NCBI GenBank assembly: GCA_002269645.1
Contig: NIVC01001109.1
Coordinates: 1 to 64,000 of the forward strand
Reading direction: 5' to 3'
From: Macrostomum lignano
Lineage: Eukaryota
Length of the DNA stretch: 64,000 bases
Each line of letters opens with the position of its first letter. The first letter of the stretch is position 1. Of the stretch, positions 59,040 to 64,000 are shown piece by piece. The translations under genes were made by a program, and so were the position numbers. The notes below the pieces were generated by a model that saw nothing but the letters and a program-made list of their open reading frames with translations, was not told the DNA's origin and did no database searches.

Positions 59040-62000
59040 ATGCATAATTGTCGAATAGTCAAGTTACCGTCACTACTGCTAATAATTTCACTTGGTTGCT
59101 ATGCCGTTGCCATGGAAACTACAATGCAATCGACAGTGCCAGAATTCAGCACCGGTCGAGCTTATCGATCTAACACTTATTTGACTTATCGCGAGGGTGG
59201 CACAGCAGCTGGCTATCGCAGGTTGGTGGGGCTCGACATCAGGCCGACCACGCCTCAGCTGCCCACAGTTCGCGCCTACCTGGGCCTGCAGTTCGCTGCT
59301 GTTGGCAAGATGGAGCGCCGCACTCTGCATCGATTCGCCAGATCGGTGGCCGCTATGAAGTACAACTACTACGCCTCTGGTAGTACCTTCTATCGGGACA
59401 GGTTTCAGGCTGTTTGTCCGCAAAATTTTCCCAACGATTCCATGCAATTACAAGCTTCAACAACGTCAGTATTCGCCGCTCACGTCAGTCGAATGCTGCC
59501 TTACCTGAAGCGGCAGGATGAGGAGTGCTTGTACCTGAATGTGTACAAACCGGTGCTGGGTGAGTCACTCTGAGATCTACCTGAATGTGTACAAACCGGT
59601 GCTAAGTGATGAGATATACCTGAATGTGTACAAATCGGTGCTAAGTGATGAGATCTACCTGAATGTGTACGAACCGGTGCTAAGTGATGAGATCTACCTG
59701 AATGTGTACAATCTGTAATAGTTTAAACAGGGCTCCTCCAGGACTCCAATTCCCAATCTACGTTTGTCCAATTAATAAAGGCAAGTAAAGTGCGAAATTG
59801 TTTCACTTTTAATCCTGCACTTATTGCACCTGCATAGTTGAGGCAAGCATAGCGTGATCCGCGCAATCAATCAGATCACAGATCAGAACGGCGGCACGAA
59901 CGGCGACAGATGAATTGTCGCCGACTAGATGCTGAGCCTTATTGGCGGCAAGTTTTCAATGAACAGGACAAGAGCTAGAGCTGGCTCAATCATTATGACA
60001 GATTAAGAAACAATGCTTAATGAAGTGGGTCCGCCTCCATTGTCTGGAGTTATTAGGCAGAAGTCGTGCTTGTTCATTCGCTCACTCTCTCCCTCTCTCT
60101 CTCTGTCTCGCCTCCCTGTCTGTGCCAGTCGGCCAGAACTTTTCACATACGAGGGTTATCACGTGATCTTTTTAATGCGGCCTGGGGCAAAGGGATCAAT
60201 ACCTTTATAGAGACAAAAGGGTGCCGCGTTTTATGGAAGATTCAGAATATACGTACTCGTATTTTGGATGGGAGTGAAGATTTTTTTAAAGTAAATTCAT
60301 TTCCTATCCATAACCACTTGTCAAAACAATAGGGCATAAACTGTATGTATTGAAGATTAGTTGGTTGGTTGGTTGGTTGGTTGGTTGGTTGGTTGGTTGG
60401 TTGGTTGGTTGGTTGGTTGGTTGGTTGGTTGGTTGGTTGGTTGGTTGGTTGGTTGGTTGGTTGGTTGGTTGGTTGGTTGGTTGGTTGGTTGGTTGGTTGG
60501 TTGGTTGGTTGGTTGGTTGGTTGGTTGGTTGGTTGGTTGGTTGGTTGGTTGGTTGGTTGGTTGGTTGGTTGGTTGGTTGGTTGGTTGGTTGGTTGGTTGG
60601 TTGGTTGGTTGGTTGGTTGGTTGGTTGGTTGGTTGGTTGGTTGGTTGGTTGGTTGGTTGGTTGGTTGGTTGGTTGGTTGGTTGGTTGGTTGGTTGGTTGG
60701 TTGGTTGGTTGGTTGGTTGGTTGGTTGGTTGGTTGGTTGGTTGGTTGGTTGGTTGGTTGGTTGGTTGTTGGTTGGTTGGTTGGTTGGTTGGTTGGTTGGT
60801 TGGTTGGTTGGTTGGTTGGTTGGTTGGTTGGTTGGTTGGTTGGTTGGTTGGTTGGTTGGTTGGTTGGTTGGTTGGGTTGGTTGGTTGGTTGGTTGGTTGG
60901 TTGGTTGGTTGGTTGGTTGGTTGGTTGGTTGGTTGGTTGGTTGGTTGGTTGGTTGGTTGGTTGGTTGGTTGGTTGGTTGGTTTTAGGACTTTAGGAGTTT
61001 ATGACTCAAGAAAGCAAGTGCCGGTCAGTCAGCTTTTAGAGATGTTTTCAACATAGAAAACTTTTCAAAAGCGGTGTTTTTGCGCGTTTCACATTGAAAA
61101 GTCTGAATCTGTAACGTTTCTTTAATATTTTTCCCTATAAAGCGTTTAAGGCTTTGAAAAGGTGTTCCGGACGATTATGTCCTCTTTGTTGACGAGGAAA
61201 TTCTTTACACGTAATCTTTTCTGAAGTCTACTCCCTAGCTACTCGGTTAAAGGTGCAGGAGTGATTCTCTTAACGCTACGCTTGTAAAATGAAAACATAA
61301 TTATCAAAAGAATTATTGTCAAAGGCATAGATAGACAGAATCTAGATCAAATGAGACTGACTTTTTACTTGGAAAAAGGACTAAAAAAGGAAAATTATAA
61401 TTTGAGCACACGTTTTGTGACCGTCAAGAAGTAACGTTTCAGGACAGGGAATGACACAGGCACTGAGACAGACACTGTGACAGACACTGAGACAGACACT
61501 GAGACAGACACTGAGACAGACACTGAGACAGACACTGAGACAGACACTGAGACAGACACTGAGACAGACACTGAGACAGACACTGAGACAGACACTGAGA
61601 CAGACACTGAGACAGACACTGAGACAGACACTGAGACAGACACTGAGACAGACACTGAGACAGACACTGAGACAGACACTGAGACAGACACTGAGACAGA
61701 CACTGAGACAGACACTGAGACAGACACTGAGACAGACACTGAGACAGACACTGAGACAGACACTGAGACAGACACTGAGACAGACACTGAGACAAACTAT
61801 GAGAGACACTGAGACAGGCAGACAGACAGACAGACCTTTAACCCTTATCTACTGGTGCTCTCAATCAATATTTTTAGCGCATTCAAACTCAGTCGATGGT
61901 TTCGAAGTTCACCAGCGGCGAAGGACTAACCATCCGCAGCCGCTACTGCCCGTATTGGTGTTCGTACACGGCGACAGTTACCTGTGGGGCTCTGGCAACG

Positions 62001-62379
62001 CCTACGATCTCAGCATGCTCTGCGCCGTCAGCGGAGCTATCGGCATCACCCTCAATTATCGACTTGGCAGTTTTGGTACGTGTTTAGTACAGGTAGTTTT
62101 AGAAGGAGGTGCTGCCAGGGGAACCAGGCATGAACACTCTCTTCGATCAGGCCTTCTCCTTTGAATAAAAGTACAACTATGTTTAAACCAAAGGTTTTCT
62201 ATGGGCTGACGGACTGGAAGCGCCAGGAAATTTTGCTCTGATGGACTTGCGCGACGCGTTGCAATGGGTCAGGGCCAACATCAGGCAGTTCGGCGGCGAC
62301 CCGGACAGGGTGACGCTGATGGGTCACGGATACGGGGCGGCGCTGGCGTCGCTTCTCATGATCTCGCGATTCGCTCAGG
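59040..62379 (+). CDS. Neuroligin-like catalytically inactive type-B carboxylesterase, 5' exons 59040-59559, 61878-62075, 62194-62379; continues beyond these
   Basis: Signal peptide; [47 protein letters not shown]|[11 protein letters not shown]...[29 protein letters not shown]. The nucleophile elbow lacks Ser, as in neuroligins. All introns are GT-AG, phase 1. The exon-2 acceptor could alternatively be at ~61892. Confidence 0.85.
59532..59712 (+). repeat. 39-bp-period repeat built from the last 26 nt of neuroligin exon 1
   Basis: TACCTGAATGTGTACAAACCGGTGCT at 59532, recopied at 59578, 59617, 59656 and 59695 (partial). Confidence 0.9.
60360..60982. repeat. (GGTT)n microsatellite, ~620 bp, intronic
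   Basis: Direct reading. Confidence 0.98.
61461..61793. repeat. 12-bp minisatellite GACACTGAGACA, intronic
   Basis: Direct reading. Confidence 0.95.
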
Positions 62380-62454
62380 GTGAGTAAATTGCCAATTAAG
62401 ATGACAGATATTAATTTTATGGCCATTCAGCTGTGAATTCATGGCTCAAGAAAG

Positions 62455-63185
62455 TGTTGCTGAGATGCCATGGCTCATAGGGGGAGTTGCTGAGATGCCA
62501 TGGCTGACAGGGGGAGATGCTGAGATGCCATGGCTGACAGGGGAGATGCTGAGATGCCATGGCTCACAGGGGGAGATGCTGAGATGCCATGGCTCACATG
62601 GGGAGTTGCTGAGATGCCATGACTCACAGGGGGAGTTGCTGAGATGCCATGGCTCACATGGGGAGTTGCTGAGATGCCATGGCTCACAGGGGGAGTTGCT
62701 GAGATGCCATGGCTCACAGGGGGAGTTGCTGAGATGCCATGGCTCACATGGGGAGTTGCTGAGATGCCATGGCTCATAGGGGGAGTTGCTGAGATGCCAT
62801 GGCTCACAGGGGGAGTTGCTGAGATGCCATGGCTCATAGGGGAGTTGCTGAGATGCCATGGCTCACAGGGGGAGTTGCTGAGATGCCATGGCTCACATGG
62901 GGAGTTGCTGAGATGCCATGGCTCACAGGGGGAGTTGCTGAGATGCCATGGCTCACATGGGGAGTTGCTGAGATGCCATGGCTCATAGGGGGAGTTGCTG
63001 AGATGCCATGGCTCACAGGGGGAGTTGCTGAGATGCCATGGCTCACAGGGGGAGTTGCTGAGATGCCATGGCTCACAGGGGGAGTTGCTGAGATGCCATG
63101 GCTCACATGGGGAGTTGCTGAGATGCCATGGCTCACAGGGGAGATGCTGAGATCCCATGGCTCACAGGGGAAGATGCTGAGATGC
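62455..63185. repeat. ~30-bp minisatellite GGGGGAGTTGCTGAGATGCCATGGCTCACA, intronic
   Basis: Direct reading. Confidence 0.95.
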
Positions 63186-63789
63186 TAAGATTGTTGATTT
63201 TTCAGGAAGTTTGAAAAATCGAATAGATTTCCCTTCCAATAATTATTTTGCTGCAATATGCGCATCAGCTACTCATTCAGTAAGTAGTTTATGACCCACG
63301 CAGTGAGTGGCGAGTTCTGTTGATAACGATAACTAATTATATTTCGAATGTTATTGGAACCTCGTAGCTTGGAGTGAACTATAATTAGAAGCCGATTTTG
63401 AGAACAGGTAGTTCAAACTCGAATTCAGAACCGATAGAGTTTAAAATCAAAAGGAATTTAACGGTTGAGTGAATTAGTAATAGCGGTAGCTAAAGACTTC
63501 TTTAATATTGGATTTTTCTTCCTTTCTATCTGATTACTAATTGGTCTCAGTATTGTTAATTATACAAAAAGACGTGTTGTTCAACTATTCAATAATAGTC
63601 CGGTATTTTCATAGGTTTTTTAATGTACATGTATCAAAGTGTGTAGTTTAAAAATGATTTTAGAAAATCAGGGTTATAAAATGATCATGCAAAAATAACG
63701 TTACCCATGCGAATGCGTTGGTATTTATAGGATCTTTCAGGTACAGAAAGCTTAGCGGTTAGGTTGTCTGACAGGTTTACCTGGCTTTG

Positions 63790-64000
63790 GGGGAGTTGCT
63801 GAGATGCTGAGATGCTGAGATTCTGAGATGCTGAGATGCTGAGATGCTGAGACGAGGAGATGCTGAGATGCTGAGATGCTGAGATGCTGAGATGCTGAGA
63901 TGCTGAGATGCTGAGATGCTGAGATGCTGAGATGCTGAGATGCTGAGATGCTGAGATGCTGAGATGCTGAGATGCTGAGATACTGAGATGCTGAGATGCT
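63790..64000. repeat. 8-bp repeat GATGCTGA starting from a GGGGGAGTTGCTGAGATG seed
   Basis: Direct reading; runs off the window end. Confidence 0.9.

Overview
Repeat-dense eukaryotic DNA from an invertebrate animal, with GT-AG introns and minisatellite-filled introns. The style resembles a free-living flatworm such as Macrostomum, which is an inference. Host genes: the 3' end of a haspin kinase (with 1-nt indels), an intronless secreted 16-Cys Argos/giant-lens-like protein, a 4-exon BTB + NPH3-domain gene of a family known mainly from plants, two near-identical C-type-lectin/PAN-like secreted proteins 38 kb apart, and the 5' exons of a neuroligin-like gene. Between the two lectin copies is a transposon nest: a full-length LOA-like LINE; two internally deleted RTE-like LINEs stacked head-to-tail at copies of one 13-bp target (one with a 2A StopGo motif, both with C-terminal zinc fingers); a Harbinger remnant; a near-intact intron-containing Crypton tyrosine recombinase beside a 33-bp palindrome; a truncated Ty3/gypsy; a BEL/Pao element with near-identical LTRs but a broken ORF; and two CORE-like SINEs. 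About 20 tandem-repeat arrays produce most of the long low-complexity ORFs in the track. No rRNA, tRNA or CRISPR arrays were seen. All alignments were done by eye; some 1-nt frameshifts could be long-read assembly errors.
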